64,000 bases of DNA from Antedon mediterranea (lineage: Eukaryota; Animalia; Echinodermata). The stretch spans positions 1,307,788 to 1,371,787 of the forward strand of contig NC_092676.1 in assembly GCF_964355755.1 (NCBI RefSeq). Direction: 5' to 3'. The notes beneath the pieces were generated by a model, which saw only the letters and a program-made list of their open reading frames with translations, did no database searches and had not been told where the DNA came from. A program made the position numbers and the translations under genes. Each line of letters opens with the position of its first letter. Positions within the stretch are counted from its first letter, which is position 1. Positions 47,969 to 61,111 of the stretch are shown in pieces.

Positions 47969-49562
47969 TCATATTTATAAATAATCTGTTTGATGTTTTA
48001 TTTGTCCATGCATTGAATGTATACAATTGACAATCTTGGTTCTACCCACTGTTGAACATTATAAGTGTTCCGCAAAACTTTTAAAAAGATATTGAATAGT
48101 TATACCACTCCTTGTCAACACACGTCAATAGATTCTATTTTATAGATTTATAAATAATCTGTTTGATGTTTTATTTGTCCATGCATTGAATGTATACAAT
48201 TGACATCTTGGTTCCACCCATTGTTGGAAGTATTTTGCAAAACCCTTTTTATTTTGAAAAAGATATAGAATATGAATAGTCTGTGTATCTCTATTTCTGT
48301 CAACACACGACGACGTCAATGATTTCTATACAGTTAAACGTCAACAAACCTTTAGCATTGTAAGCTAATATTTTGTTTTCTATTTTTATTGTGCACAAGT
48401 TAACCATGATTTCACAAACTGAATAGATTACGTAAATGAAAGTATTCACCAATAATCATTCAAATCATTATTCTGCTATATATTTATTAATATTGTTTAA
48501 GTAAGATATCTAGTCTAGATTTCAATTATTATGTGATCATATAAAACGCCAATACAATACCAAAATGTATTTTTTAATTGATAAAAATGAATACAAATTT
48601 TAAAACAATATAGTTCACGCACAAAGTCTTAGTAGACAATATTGAGGCCTAGATTGGGTGATCCTTTTGCTTTAAATAATTATTTCTTATTAAATGAAAC
48701 ACTGAGAAAAATTTTGTTGCCAACTTGCACTACACAGGTTGGTTGAATCTTGTTAGTCTTCCCTCAATGTAAGCGTACAGTACCTACATATTAATAAGAT
48801 GTAACCAGGATTTTTACAGGCAGCGAAGTTCTTTTTTCAAAGGCGTAAAAATCATCATGAGGTAGACTAATATGCCTATTTAACTTCTGGTGCTACTGTT
48901 AGTCTCTTGTTTAATAATGGCACTTAGTTGCAAAATTGAGGTTCGTTCAAACACCCTGGCTATCAAATTTAAATCTCACATTTTTTTATTAAAAATTATA
49001 AATTGATTCACTAATTACGATTATTGTATATTTTTTAAATAAATATGTAACAATAATCAGGGCATCATTTATAAGGAGCGCCTGCGCGACCGCGCTCCTC
49101 CGCGCTCCTCAACAGGCTTCGAGGAGAGCAATTTATCGCGCTCCTTAATTTTCAAAATAGAGCCTTAATACATTTTTTTTATTAGATGCTGTTGTTAGTT
49201 ACATTTGACAACAATATTACATATTTTAATTATTATATAATATATTCTTAATATTTGGTCGAATTTTACAAACAAAAGCATCTCGGTTATATATAATATT
49301 AATATATTCTTAAAAATGATGCTCAACATCATATGTTATTGTTATAATACAATATTATAATTTCTAAATTATATTAATTCATTTATATAAAGAGAATTCA
49401 TTTTAAGATGGCTGTCATTCCTGACAGAAGTCTACATGCAGACACAAATTTTTAGACATAAACAAATAAGCAGTTACCTCAAAATGAATTCTGATGAAAT
49501 AATAAGCTTTGCATTGATATTAAAAATTATAAAATAGAACCTTAAAAGATAGTCTATGTTGA

Positions 49563-50852
49563 TTACTTTTTAATGAGTTCAACATCATCTTGAACAAACT
49601 CGCCTGCTTTGATAGCGTAAGCTCCGTCAGGCTCTGTGGAAAGTTTCACAACTAGGCCTCCCTCATCCACAATAGCGTATGCGTTTTCCTCCACTCTGGG
49701 AACATTTGATCTTTCTGAATTGTGCAGTTCAACGATAGGGTTTGCGTATGTTTCTTGCTCAGAATTTCCACTTGTACGTTTCGATGAAACATAACAGATA
49801 ATGAAGATGATAAGGAAGATAAAACACACTGTGGTAACAGCAATGATGACCGGAAAGATAACTAAAGTAGACGAAAATGAGATGGATTCTGAAGATTCCG
49901 TTTCTTTTATATGTAGACTTGCTTCAGAAATTCCGATTCCAACACTGTTGCTGGCCTCGCATGTGACTTTGAATTCCTTGCCAGAAAGCGTTGATAATAT
50001 GTCTGTTAGACGCAGCATTTGTCCATTGTTTAACAAACGTGTTGTTATGTCTTGAGTTTTGGGACTAAGATACCAAGTATACGTGATGTTAACTGGTTGA
50101 GCTTTTCCACTGCAATTAAAACCGACTTCTTCACCAGGTTTAACGTTAATTTCGCTAGGATAAACTTCGACCTTCGGCGCAAAATGAACACCTATAGGGC
50201 CGATATGACAAACGCTAGCTTCCTGTCGTCGTGATTCGTTGTGATAGGTGCATGTAAACACGGTATCGTGAAGATCTTCATGTGCCGTGAAGTTTAAATA
50301 CGAGTAAACCATTTTGTCCGCTTCGTTAAAATTCTGCCATTGTCTGCCATGCACCTTCTCTTGATCACCTTTTTCCCAAACAAGAGAAGTGCCGTTTTTT
50401 TGATCACGTACTGGATATTGACAACGTAACAGAACTGGCGTACCAATCGTAAGCTCATTAAGATATTGGGAAAACGCACAGAGAGGGTAAAGTTCAAGAG
50501 TGTGGAATAAAACAGTAACCTTAGATGAGAGCGAAACTGCCAACGTCTTTTGTTCCTTATCGAATACGCTACAAAAATACATACCCGCGTCTTGAATCTG
50601 AACGGAGGTTATATCAAGGTTTATCTGTCCATTTCCCTCAAACAACGTTACAGTTGTTCGTTCTTGCTCCGACAATTGACCATCAATTCTATGCCACTGT
50701 AGAACATGTGAATCTTTGTAGTTTGTGACTATACATACTAGATTGATTTTACCACCTTCTAAAACCTCCAATTCTAATGGATCAATGTATATAGTTTGAG
50801 CTGCAGTGAGATGTAAACAGCAAATAAACAAAATTAAACTTATTGCGGCCAT
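49563..50852 (-). CDS. Intronless type I membrane protein with three Ig domains (V + two C2/I-like), 429 aa (copy B)
   Basis: Signal peptide MAAISLILFICCLHLTAA; V-set C..W..DAGMYFC; two more C..W..C Ig folds; TM LVIFPVIIAVTTVCFIFLIIFIICYV; tail with YANP, YAIV and YAIK. Confidence 0.88.
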   Translation of the reverse strand: MAAISLILFICCLHLTAAQTIYIDPLELEVLEGGKINLVCIVTNYKDSHVLQWHRIDGQLSEQERTTVTLFEGNGQINLDITSVQIQDAGMYFCSVFDKEQKTLAVSLSSKVTVLFHTLELYPLCAFSQYLNELTIGTPVLLRCQYPVRDQKNGTSLVWEKGDQEKVHGRQWQNFNEADKMVYSYLNFTAHEDLHDTVFTCTYHNESRRQEASVCHIGPIGVHFAPKVEVYPSEINVKPGEEVGFNCSGKAQPVNITYTWYLSPKTQDITTRLLNNGQMLRLTDILSTLSGKEFKVTCEASNSVGIGISEASLHIKETESSESISFSSTLVIFPVIIAVTTVCFIFLIIFIICYVSSKRTSGNSEQETYANPIVELHNSERSNVPRVEENAYAIVDEGGLVVKLSTEPDGAYAIKAGEFVQDDVELIKK

Positions 50853-52485
50853 GTTCTCTGCAGACTACATAGACTAGAAGATGATTAAAGACTGCGATTT
50901 GAATCCACAGTGTAATTGTGCGGTTTACTCAACGATTAAACTTCTATCTCAGTTGCTTTCTATGTAATAACAATCTCTCATGCATATTCATTATCAAGTT
51001 TTTGTGATGCTTGACAAAACTCTACCATAACAACATTGTATTATTCACGTCACGGTCTGATGCACAATATCAACCATGAGCCCCCTATAGGCCATTTCAT
51101 TTGAGCATAGAAAGTTTAGAAACATGAATATTCATGAGGTTTTTCTTTTCTATTCTCATTCTTTGCAAATCAATTATTAACAGTCTGTAACAAGTTTGTT
51201 CATTCTTTGCGGTGGAAGGTCACAGAAGAGAGGTCATACAAATGTCTTTGTCACTATGGACATTGTTTGTACTATAAGATGTATTGTCCCTCAAAAACAT
51301 GAAAAATGAAGATTAATAAAACCAGACTTTGAATAGGCCATTTTATAGTTATTCTTTTTCCATAGAAATAAACCGGGAAAAAACTCATGTTTTCACTAAT
51401 ATAAAATGACAAAATAAACCGTTAATGTTATTGTTAACCAAAAAAAGACAGCTGGCATCAGTTCCAATCATCTACAGTGTTTATTAGGTAATCTGTCGGC
51501 CACATAGATGCGTTTACCTCCACTCTAGAAACATTTGAACTTTTTAGATTAATATTAACAGGCCCCTTGACTAATTAATTATCATTATTATTGAGTACAC
51601 AAATATGAATTTTGATTCATTAAATTTGATTGATAATAATGTACAAACAAGTAGTGATGTATCCAAGGAGGTGTAGCATTTACCCTGGTAGTACATTCCA
51701 AATAAATTACTGAAACAAAAATTGACGTGATTCATAAAAAGTGGCTGGATATGATTTGAAATGCAAAATAAGTTAGAAAAAGGATTTAAAAAGAAGAAAA
51801 ATTTAACAATTGGTAGACATGCCAGCTTTTTGAAAATCCCATATATATCAGTATATTTATTATTTGCCATCCATGCTACAGTTATAATATGGACAATGAT
51901 AAATAAAAACAATGTAATCAACATATACAGTGTGTTGATTGATTGCTAGATTGATTGATAGATTGATAGATCAGAGAGATGTTTTACATCTCCCTTGATA
52001 TAGAATGATTGATAACCGAGAGATAATGCATTTTTGATAAAATATACTTTGAAGATTGATTGGTTTCGAACGAAACCAAGTACTGAATAGTATCTCGTGT
52101 TAAACTAGCTAGAAAAGAACGTTTGATAAGTCAAATTGAAACAATTCACTTCCATTAAAAAGTTACAAAACCATGAAAAATGTAGTTATTTATTTTAAAT
52201 TGAATAATACCATTCAAACAGTAGGACACTTCCTCATTTCAAGGTCAAATCTTTACAACATAAAATTGACAAATGAAACTTTAAAAGTGAAACTGCATCG
52301 TGTTTAGTGCTTGAAGGGTTATCCATTGCCACCTGCTACCTGTTGCATTGTTCTTGGTAACCTCTGCACCTGGACAATGATGATTCCAATAAGTACTTGT
52401 TTTCAAGAAGTTTGTATTACAATACACTGTATATGACAGAGTATGGTCCCATGGGGGCATGGGTATTAATTTTTTTACGATTATT

Positions 52486-53928
52486 AATTAGGAGGTGGAA
52501 TTATACTTCTTATTTAATAACGATATGATGTATTTGTGTCCGAATTCAGCATAAATTAGGAGGTGGAATTATACTTCTTATTTAATAACGATATGATGTA
52601 TTTGTGTCCGAATTCAGCATAAATTAGGAGGTGGAATTATACTTCTTATTTAATAACGATATGATGTATTTGTGTCCGAATTCAGCATAAATTAGGAGGT
52701 GGAATTATACTTCTTATTTAATAACGATATGATGTATTTGTGTCCGAATTCAGCATAAATTAGGAGGTGGAATTATACTTCTTATTTAATAACGATATGA
52801 TGTATTTGTGTCCGAATTCAGCATAAATTAGGAGGTGGAATTATACTTCTTATTTAATAACGATATGATGTATTTGTGTCCAAATTCAGCATAAATTAGG
52901 AGGTGGAATTATACTTCTTATTTAATAACGATATGATGTATTTGTGTCCGAATTCAGCATAAATTAGGAGGTGGAATTATACTTCTTATTTAATAACGAT
53001 ATGATGTATTTGTGTCCGAATTCAGCATAAATTAGGAGGTGGAATTATACTTCTTATTTAATAACGATATGATGTATTTGTGTCCAAATTCAGCATAAAT
53101 TAGGAGGTGGAATTATACTTCTTATTTAATAACGATATGATGTATTTGTGTCCGAATTCAGCATAAATTAGGAGGTGGAATTATACTTCTTATTTAATAA
53201 CGATATGATGTATTTGTGTCCGAATTCAGCATAAATTAGGAGGTGGAATTATACTTCTTATTTAATAACGATATGATGTATTTGTGTCCGAATTCAGCAT
53301 AAATTAGGAGGTGGAATTATACTTCTTATTTAATAACAATATGATGTATTTGTGTCCGAATTCAGCATAAATTAGGAGGTGGAATTATACTTCTTATTTA
53401 ATAACGATATGATGTATTTGTGTCCGAATTCAGCATAAATTAGGAGGTGGAATTATACTTCTTATTTAATAACGATATGATGTATTTGTGTCCGAATTCA
53501 GCATAAATTAGGAGGTGGAATTATACTTCTTATTTAATAACGATATGATGTATTTGTGTCCGAATTCAGCATAAATTAGGGGGTGGAATTATACTTCTTA
53601 TTTAATAACGATATGATGTATTTGTGTCCAAATTCAGCATAAATTAGGAGGTGGAATTATACTTCTTATTTAATAACGATATGATGTATTTGTGTCCGAA
53701 TTCAGCATAAATTAGGGGGTGGAATTATACTTCTTATTTAATAACGATATGATGTATTTGTGTCCGAATTCAGCATAAATTAGGGGGTGGAATTATACTT
53801 CTTATTTAATAACGATATGATGTATTTGTGTCCGAATTCAGCATAAATTAGGGGGTGGAATTATACTTCTTATTTAATAACGATATGATGTATTTGTGTC
53901 CGAATTCAGCATAAATTAGGGGGTGGGA
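52486..53928. repeat. 68-bp satellite, 21 near-identical copies
   Basis: AATTAGGAGGTGGAATTATACTTCTTATTTAATAACGATATGATGTATTTGTGTCCGAATTCAGCATA; 52486 to 53914 equals 21 x 68. Confidence 0.97.
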
Positions 53929-54983
53929 TTGTGAGTAAATCATTTCCTTCCATGATGCCTTATCCTCAGCTCTCTAGTATTTTTCAACCAGGTACACATT
54001 TTACACTTACAGCTGAATGGACTAGGAGTCGTTCTTGAATTAAACTAATGTCTGTATGATAGTCATTTGTCCTAACCCCTCCTCACTTCCACTTACCAGG
54101 GGCAGATCCAGCATTATAGAAGGGTGAGGTTAAATATTTCATAAATGATAAAACGATCTGTCAGGTTGCAGAAAAATAAAAATATTCATTATTTAAAATA
54201 ACTACGGTAATAAAAAGCCAAATCCGTGCCTGCTTCTATGTTCAAATAGCATTTTTGTCTGTCACCCTCACAGTCACAGAAGCTAAAGGTAATTCTATTC
54301 ATGTTGTTGATTTATCAGCAAGAATGGATATGCAGACAATTACTTCCTGCTTGTAAGTCTAATAATAGGATATAGGTGTCATTAAAACCAGGAACGATAG
54401 TCAATAACATGTACAGCATTCAGTAATTTGCAATTAATAATTCCATGGCGCTTTTTGTATGATATTATGCTATTGAGATCAATCATATCTATTCAGTTTG
54501 TCCAAGTATCTACAGTAAATCCTTTTCATTTGGCCTTGGGTCAAAACATCTTAAATAAAATCGTTTTGATAATTAAGATGTACATGAGATCCATTTAAAT
54601 GGTCAGTCTACTTGACCATCTGTTGGTATGTTCATTTGTCTGATCATTTGTTGTCAGTCAATATGTCCATTAAGTCTATTGTTTCATTCAGTGCTTTCTT
54701 TCAGTCAACTCAATTCAGTTTGTTTGTCTGTTAGTCCATCAGTTTGGTCCTAGGATAGTTAGTAATACAAAAAATACAAAGTCTTAATTTTACATTTCAA
54801 ATTTATTTTGAAATTATCTAAACTAAATGAATAAATTTATATGAACTAATTATAAACTCAATTATCTAAATTAAGATCTTAAAATTACACTTTCTTAATT
54901 AACAAAATAACTTTTATTTTCTATCGTTAAACTGGTAACTGGTATTAGACTAAATAGGAATTTAATTTGTAATGAGGTACTTA

Positions 54984-55301
54984 AGCTCTGTCTACACTAA
55001 AATGTGATGTTCCTATATATGGACATGATGATTTCATATCACTACCATATTTTGGTATATCAATACCCTATTTGGATATATCACTACTATATTTGGGGGT
55101 TACCCCGGTGTACTAGTCCACACAAACACAGTCACTGTCACACACAGCCACTGTGCAATTGGGACTGGACCGTTTTTAGAGGTGTTTACCACCTGTTGGT
55201 CACGATCCTTCACTAACAGTGTTAGTGAGAAGTTGAATAAATAAAAATTTTAAAAAATATCACTACCATATTTGGCCACATTACACACTTTTTTGTTAAA
55301 C
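54984..55301. mobile_element. MITE family A copy interrupted by a 5'-truncated SINE (about 55097-55256)
   Basis: Left TIR at 54984. The insert resembles the core of the 23395-23706 SINE, ends A-rich and is flanked by ATATCACTACYATATTTGG on both sides. Confidence 0.65.
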
Positions 55302-55520
55302 CAAGTGCATGAATCACTATTTGAACAAAATAAAAGTTACAGATTCAATTACAATTTAAAGAAGTCATTTTAAATTTAATGGATGCTTTACATCTATGAG
55401 TTTGTTTTAATTATCTAATAATGAGATTCAAACAAATTAATTATATAATTATATAAGTTAAAGAGTCACACTAAACACACATTAGGTAGACTTATTAAAT
55501 GGAAAGATTCAACATTGTTG

Positions 55521-55691
55521 ATAGGGAGCTTTTGGTTTTGAAATGACCTATGACCTACGACCTAGAAACTACCCATTATGTCATCGTCCACCAAAACTGT
55601 TTCGAGGTATAGAGTGACAAAGCACGTTCTAACTTCTCCGCATGCGCACAATGAAATAACATTTAAGTTGAACAAATCAAAACCTCCCTAT
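55521..55691. mobile_element. Small TIR element
   Basis: Ends ATAGGGAGCTTTTG ... CAAAACCTCCCTAT. Confidence 0.55.
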
Positions 55692-56025
55692 TTAGTATTA
55701 AGCATAAACTTTTTAATTAGGAAACTTGTTTTCTTTGACAATTAAACAGATCTAGTCATGTGAGAAATAAGTGGTTGAATGTACAGGACTTATAAGTTAT
55801 ACTTTAAAATAGGAATTTTACGGAATTCCAATCAATTGTAATAAATATATATTTACATATAAATTGTACCTTATTTAAATTTTTTTTTAAATAAGGCCAT
55901 TTTCCACCATTTTAAAATCTGCCTTAGTACTTTCCTTATATAGTAAATTGTGATAAAACAACGTCCTGATTAATTATTTATATTATAGTCTTTCTAGTAC
56001 ATTCAACAAACAACAGTCAAATAAT

Positions 56026-56691
56026 TTATTTTCCAGACAACAGAGGTGCAGTTTCACCGCTGGTGCTGGCGCCCTCTGTTGGTTTATAGCGGTCGTCATG
56101 CGTGTGCCCGGCTTCGTCTTTATCATATTTATAAACACATTTTGGATCAACCAATTTTTTTTTCTTTTTAGATAGTTTCTTCGCAACTACAACTCCAGCG
56201 GCTGTTGCCGCAGCTGCACCTCCGACACTAGCTGCAGCTACAACCGTAGGGTTGACTGGTGGCTCTGGTATACTGCTTTCCTCCCCTTGAGGTTCTTGGT
56301 GTTCCTGCGTTTGCTCATTTTTTTCCTCTTTTTTCTCATCTTTTTTTTCTTTCTTTTGTTCTTTTGTTGTGCGTGATGACTTTTTTGTAGTTGTGTGTGA
56401 TGACTGTGTAGTTGTGTGTGATGGTTGCGTAGTTGTGTGTGGTGGTTGCGTAGTTGTGTTAGATGGCTGTTTCGTAGCTGCCTGTGGTGGTTCAGTCGGT
56501 TTTAACGTCATAAAAGCAGGAATATATTGTGTAGCATGTGAGGCCACAGTAGGAAATGCGTTATCTGAACCCATTGCTTCATTATCATCAAACTTGTCGC
56601 TCAATTTAACTGGAAGTGTTCGTGCTTGAATACCAATATAATCCGGTAATTCAACAATCATCAAAAACATCATAATGTGTATTCTGGCCAT
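56026..56691 (-). CDS. Small mucin-like single-pass membrane protein, 221 aa
   Basis: Signal-like N-terminus, (TTQPSHT)n Thr-rich repeats, charged linker, Ala/Val/Gly-rich putative TM followed by KKLSKKKKK; one uninterrupted ORF in AT-rich DNA. Confidence 0.7.
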   Translation of the reverse strand: MARIHIMMFLMIVELPDYIGIQARTLPVKLSDKFDDNEAMGSDNAFPTVASHATQYIPAFMTLKPTEPPQAATKQPSNTTTQPPHTTTQPSHTTTQSSHTTTKKSSRTTKEQKKEKKDEKKEEKNEQTQEHQEPQGEESSIPEPPVNPTVVAAASVGGAAAATAAGVVVAKKLSKKKKKLVDPKCVYKYDKDEAGHTHDDRYKPTEGASTSGETAPLLSGK

Positions 56692-57054
56692 AACTTCCTT
56701 CCTTCTTTACAAAAGATAGATTTATAAATTACACTTAATAAACAAATAATGTATTTACATTATAGACAAACAAATGATGCATTATGGAGTCTCCATTATT
56801 GTAAACTTTACATAATTTGTGGTTATTTTTAATAACTAAAAATTATTATACTAAAATATGCAAGTTTACTAATGATCAATAAATGACATTTACTATTCTT
56901 CTATACAATATTTATCCACCAAAATCTTGTGTTTCAATTTATGATAAGATTGTTATTGGGATATTACACTATACTCTAGCATGAGATTATACTCGGATCA
57001 TTATACCAAAATAGAGTACTTTACTATAGTAACTGATACTAACTAAACATACGT

Positions 57055-59105
57055 AGCTGATATCAACTACAACATACTGCAGTAACTACTCTATTTAGCT
57101 GATATTAACTACAGTATACTGCAGTAACTACTCTATTTAGCTGATATTAACTACAGTATACTGCAGTAACTATTCTATTTAGCTGATATCAACTACAGTA
57201 TACTGCAGTAACTACTCTATTTAGCTGATATCAACTACAGTATACTGCAGTAACTACTCTATTTAGCTGATATTAACTACAGTATACTGCAGTAACTACT
57301 CTATTTAGCTGATATTAACTACAGTATACTGCAGTAACTACTCTATTTAGCTGATATTAACTACAGTTATACTGCAGTAACTACTCTATTTAGCTGATAT
57401 TAACTACAGTATACTGCAGTAACTACTCTATTTAGCTGATATCAACTACAGTATACTGCAGTAACTACTCTATTTAGCTGATATTAACTACAGTATACTG
57501 CAGTAACTACTCTATTTAGCTGATATTAACTACAGTATACTGCAGTAACTATTCTATTTAGCTGATATCAACTACAGTATACTGCAGTAACTACTCTATT
57601 TAGCTGATATCAACTACAGTATACTGCAGTAACTACTCTATTTAGCTGATATTAACTACAGTATACTGCAGTAACTACTCTATTTAGCTGATATTAACTA
57701 CAGTATACTGCAGTAACTACTCTATTTAGCTGATATTAACTACAGTTATACTGCAGTAACTACTCTATTTAGCTGATATTAACTACAGTATACTGCAGTA
57801 ACTACTCTATTTAGCTGATATTAACTACAGTATACTGCAGTACCTACTCTATTTAGCTGATATTAACTACAGTATACTGCAGTAACTACTCTATTTAGCT
57901 GATATTAACTACAGTTATACTGCAGTAACTACTCTATTTAGCTGATATTAACTACAGTATACTGCAGTAACTACTCTATTTAGCTGATATTAACTACAGT
58001 ATACTGCAGTACCTACTCTATTTAGCTGATATTAACTACAGTATACTGCAGTAACTACTCTATTTAGCTGATATCAACTACAGTATACTGCAGTAACTAC
58101 TCTATTTAGCTGATATTAACTACAGTATACTGCAGTACCTACTCTATTTAGCTGATATTAACTACAGTATACTGCAGTAACTACTCTATTTAGCTGATAT
58201 TAACTACAGTATACTGCAGTAACTACTCTATTTAGCTGATATTAACTACAGTATACTGCAGTAACTACTCTATTTAGCTGATATCAACTACAGTATACTG
58301 CAGTAACTACTCTATTTAGCTGATATCAACTACAGTATACTGCAGTAACTACTCTATTTAGCTGATATTAACTACAGTATACTGCAGTAACTACTCTATT
58401 TAGCTGATATTAACTACAGTATACTGCAGTAACTACTCTATTTAGCTGATATTAACTACAGTATACTGCAGTAACTACTCTATTTAGCTGATATTAACTA
58501 CAGTATACTGCAGTAACTACTCTATTTAGCTTATATCAACTACAGTATACTGCAGTAACTACTCTATTTAGCTGATATTAACTACAGTATACTGCAGTAA
58601 CTACTCTATTTAGCTGATATTAACTACAGTATACTGCAGTAACTACTCTATTTAGCTGATATTAACTACAGTATACTGCAGTAACTACTCTATTTAGCTG
58701 ATATTAACTACAGTATACTGCAGTAACTACTCTATTTAGCTGATATTAACTACAGTATACTGCAGTAACTACTCTATTTAGCTGATATTAACTACAGTAT
58801 ACTGCAGTAACTACTCTATTTAGCTGATATTAACTACAGTATACTGCAGTAACTACTCTATTTAGCTGATATTAACTACAGTATACTGCAGTACCTACTC
58901 TATTTAGCTGATATTAACTACAGTATACTGCAGTACCTACTCTATTTAGCTGATATTAACTACAGTATACTGCAGTAACTACTCTATTTAGCTGATATTA
59001 ACTACAGTTATACTGCAGTAACTACTCTATTTAGCTGATATTAACTACAGTATACTGCAGTAACTACTCTATTTAGCTGATATTAACTACAGTATACTGC
59101 AGTAC
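57055..59105. repeat. 42-bp satellite, about 49 copies
   Basis: AGCTGATATTAACTACAGTATACTGCAGTAACTACTCTATTT; contains overlapping palindromes CAGTATACTG and TACTGCAGTA. Confidence 0.97.
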
Positions 59106-59567
59106 CTATACACTTTACGACAAATAGTTCTTATGTCTGTGATATCATCAGCCTAAGAGTAAAACAGTGTATAATATATATACAATATAATATAATACTT
59201 ACAGTATATATACAAAACTCCTTTTACAATCATTTAAAAAAAAACCAGATTAATATCAAGTAATGTGTTCACCGTGTATACCATCTAAAACCAGTAAATT
59301 TTCTTTAGCTGATACTAAGTTTCTGATTAGTTTAAGTAACTGATGCCAGCTTTTTTTCTCAAGGACTCTCATGCTGTATTTTGTTTACGTTTTTGTTGAT
59401 TTTAACATGTAAAAATAGTGTATTCTGTAAATCATTCACTGCAATAGTTAATAAAGTGTGTACACTCATTTAAATTTTAACATCCATGTGAACAGAACAA
59501 TTACTTACATAAAGATTGGTTATAATTTGAATGAAATAATAAATAACTTTATGAAAAAAAAGCGATA

Positions 59568-59741
59568 TCTACATTATCAAACTAGTTTGAAAAAAAAAAC
59601 TGTGATGTGCCAAAAAAAAACAAAAAACTGATGTGCCCAAATATGGTAGTGATATACCCAAATATGGTAGTGTTATGACATTATCGTGTCCATATATGGT
59701 CACATTGTTGTCACATAAAGTTTGATAGTGTAGACAGAGCT
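59568..59741. mobile_element. MITE family A copy
   Basis: Degenerate left TIR; right TIR AGTTTGATAGTGTAGACAGAGCT intact. Confidence 0.8.
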
Positions 59742-60145
59742 CTAGAAACAAAATATTCAAACTTAGTTAAATATCATATTGAATTGATCCACAATAGGTT
59801 AATATACCCACACTGGCTCTTGGGCGTGGCCCTCACCATTTACCTGATGCCAAATCCACACCCAATTACACTGTATTAATGCGGTAAATTTGGTATAATT
59901 GTCTTTAATTATAATTATCGATTATTCTATGAAAGAGAAAATGGGTTTCCTCTAGATTGTCGTTATTGATATAATAAAAAAAAATCATAAATACTTTTGT
60001 TTTTGATATATTATTACGTTCTACTCGTCTTTAGTTCCAGATTTAATAATAGTTTTCTGCCTGTTTTTAAAAAAAGTATTGAGGTTCATGGTTGATTAAA
60101 ATTCATCAGACCATTTCAATTATCAGTGTTAGATTTTTCATTACA

Positions 60146-61111
60146 TCAAAAATAATCCTCTAAATCGACTCCGTCTTCGGGAACACCAAACATAGAATTG
60201 GGCGCATTTGAGTCATCGTTGGCAACAAGCACAAAACCGGTAGCATCACTTATAGAATTGCTTACTTGGACATCGTCGCTGGCAACACATACAGAATTGC
60301 TGACCTGGGTATCATCGCTGGCAACACATACAGAATCGCCTACCTGGATATCGTCATTGGCAACACATACAGAATCGCCTACCTGGATATCGTCACTGGC
60401 AACACATACAGAATCGCCTATCAGGATATCGTCGCTGGAAACACATACAGAATCGCCTACCTGAACATCGTCGCCAGTAACAAACACAGAATCGGACACC
60501 TGTACATTGTCACAGGAAGAACCTAAAGCATCACATGTCTCGACAAAGTCGCTAACAGCGCCCCCAAAATCGTCTACCTGAGTTTCATCATCTTTTGCCT
60601 GTGCACTATCACTGACAACAGAATCTCGTACTATACTTTCAGCAAAATTAACTCTCGTCTCCTTTCCTGATCTACCCACATAAATAATGCTAGCGTTCTG
60701 TGAAGGTTTCATCCCGGCGGCGCTTGTTTTTGGACGTCTTGTCATGTAGAAATAAGCTCGTTGTTGTTGACGTTTTAATTTTCGTTGAATTCTTGCCCAC
60801 AATGGAATAAAAATCATGATTCCAATTCCACCGATAATCATTAGAAATATAAAAATTATAAAAAGTACATTTTGAAGGACTTCATTATACTGATAGTTGT
60901 ACTTGTAGTCCTCTGTAGAAGAATCATTAATTGTGGTTGAGATTACAGTATACAATTCTGTTGAAACCTCAGTAAAATTCTCCGTAGTCCAAGTACTGTT
61001 ACTCATAGTACTGCTACTCAAAGTGCTGTCAGTGTTACTCTCCATATTATAAGTAATGTTGTTTTCCAGACTTGTCAACTCTTGAGCTGTTATGTAAGCA
61101 TTTGACATCAA
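60146..61111 (-). CDS. Single-pass membrane glycoprotein with 13-aa DDIQVGDSVCVAS tail repeats; true start probably further upstream
   Basis: S/T-rich ectodomain with N-x-S/T sequons, TM VLFIIFIFLMIIGGIGIMIFIPLW, basic juxtamembrane stretch. The frame stays open upstream to about 61158 through signal-like PLQFAIFLLMSNAYITA behind a possible acceptor. Confidence 0.75.
   Translation of the reverse strand: MMSNAYITAQELTSLENNITYNMESNTDSTLSSSTMSNSTWTTENFTEVSTELYTVISTTINDSSTEDYKYNYQYNEVLQNVLFIIFIFLMIIGGIGIMIFIPLWARIQRKLKRQQQRAYFYMTRRPKTSAAGMKPSQNASIIYVGRSGKETRVNFAESIVRDSVVSDSAQAKDDETQVDDFGGAVSDFVETCDALGSSCDNVQVSDSVFVTGDDVQVGDSVCVSSDDILIGDSVCVASDDIQVGDSVCVANDDIQVGDSVCVASDDTQVSNSVCVASDDVQVSNSISDATGFVLVANDDSNAPNSMFGVPEDGVDLEDYF

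Noticed and set aside
49563-49760. Canonical ITIM/ITAM in the Ig receptor tail
   Set aside because: The tyrosines lack the hydrophobic -2 residue or the YxxL/I spacing; only generic SH2-type sites can be claimed.
52486-53928. CRISPR-like array
   Set aside because: Units are contiguous and near-identical with no unique spacers, no cas genes, and the context is eukaryotic; the same applies to 57055-59105 and 13691-14712.
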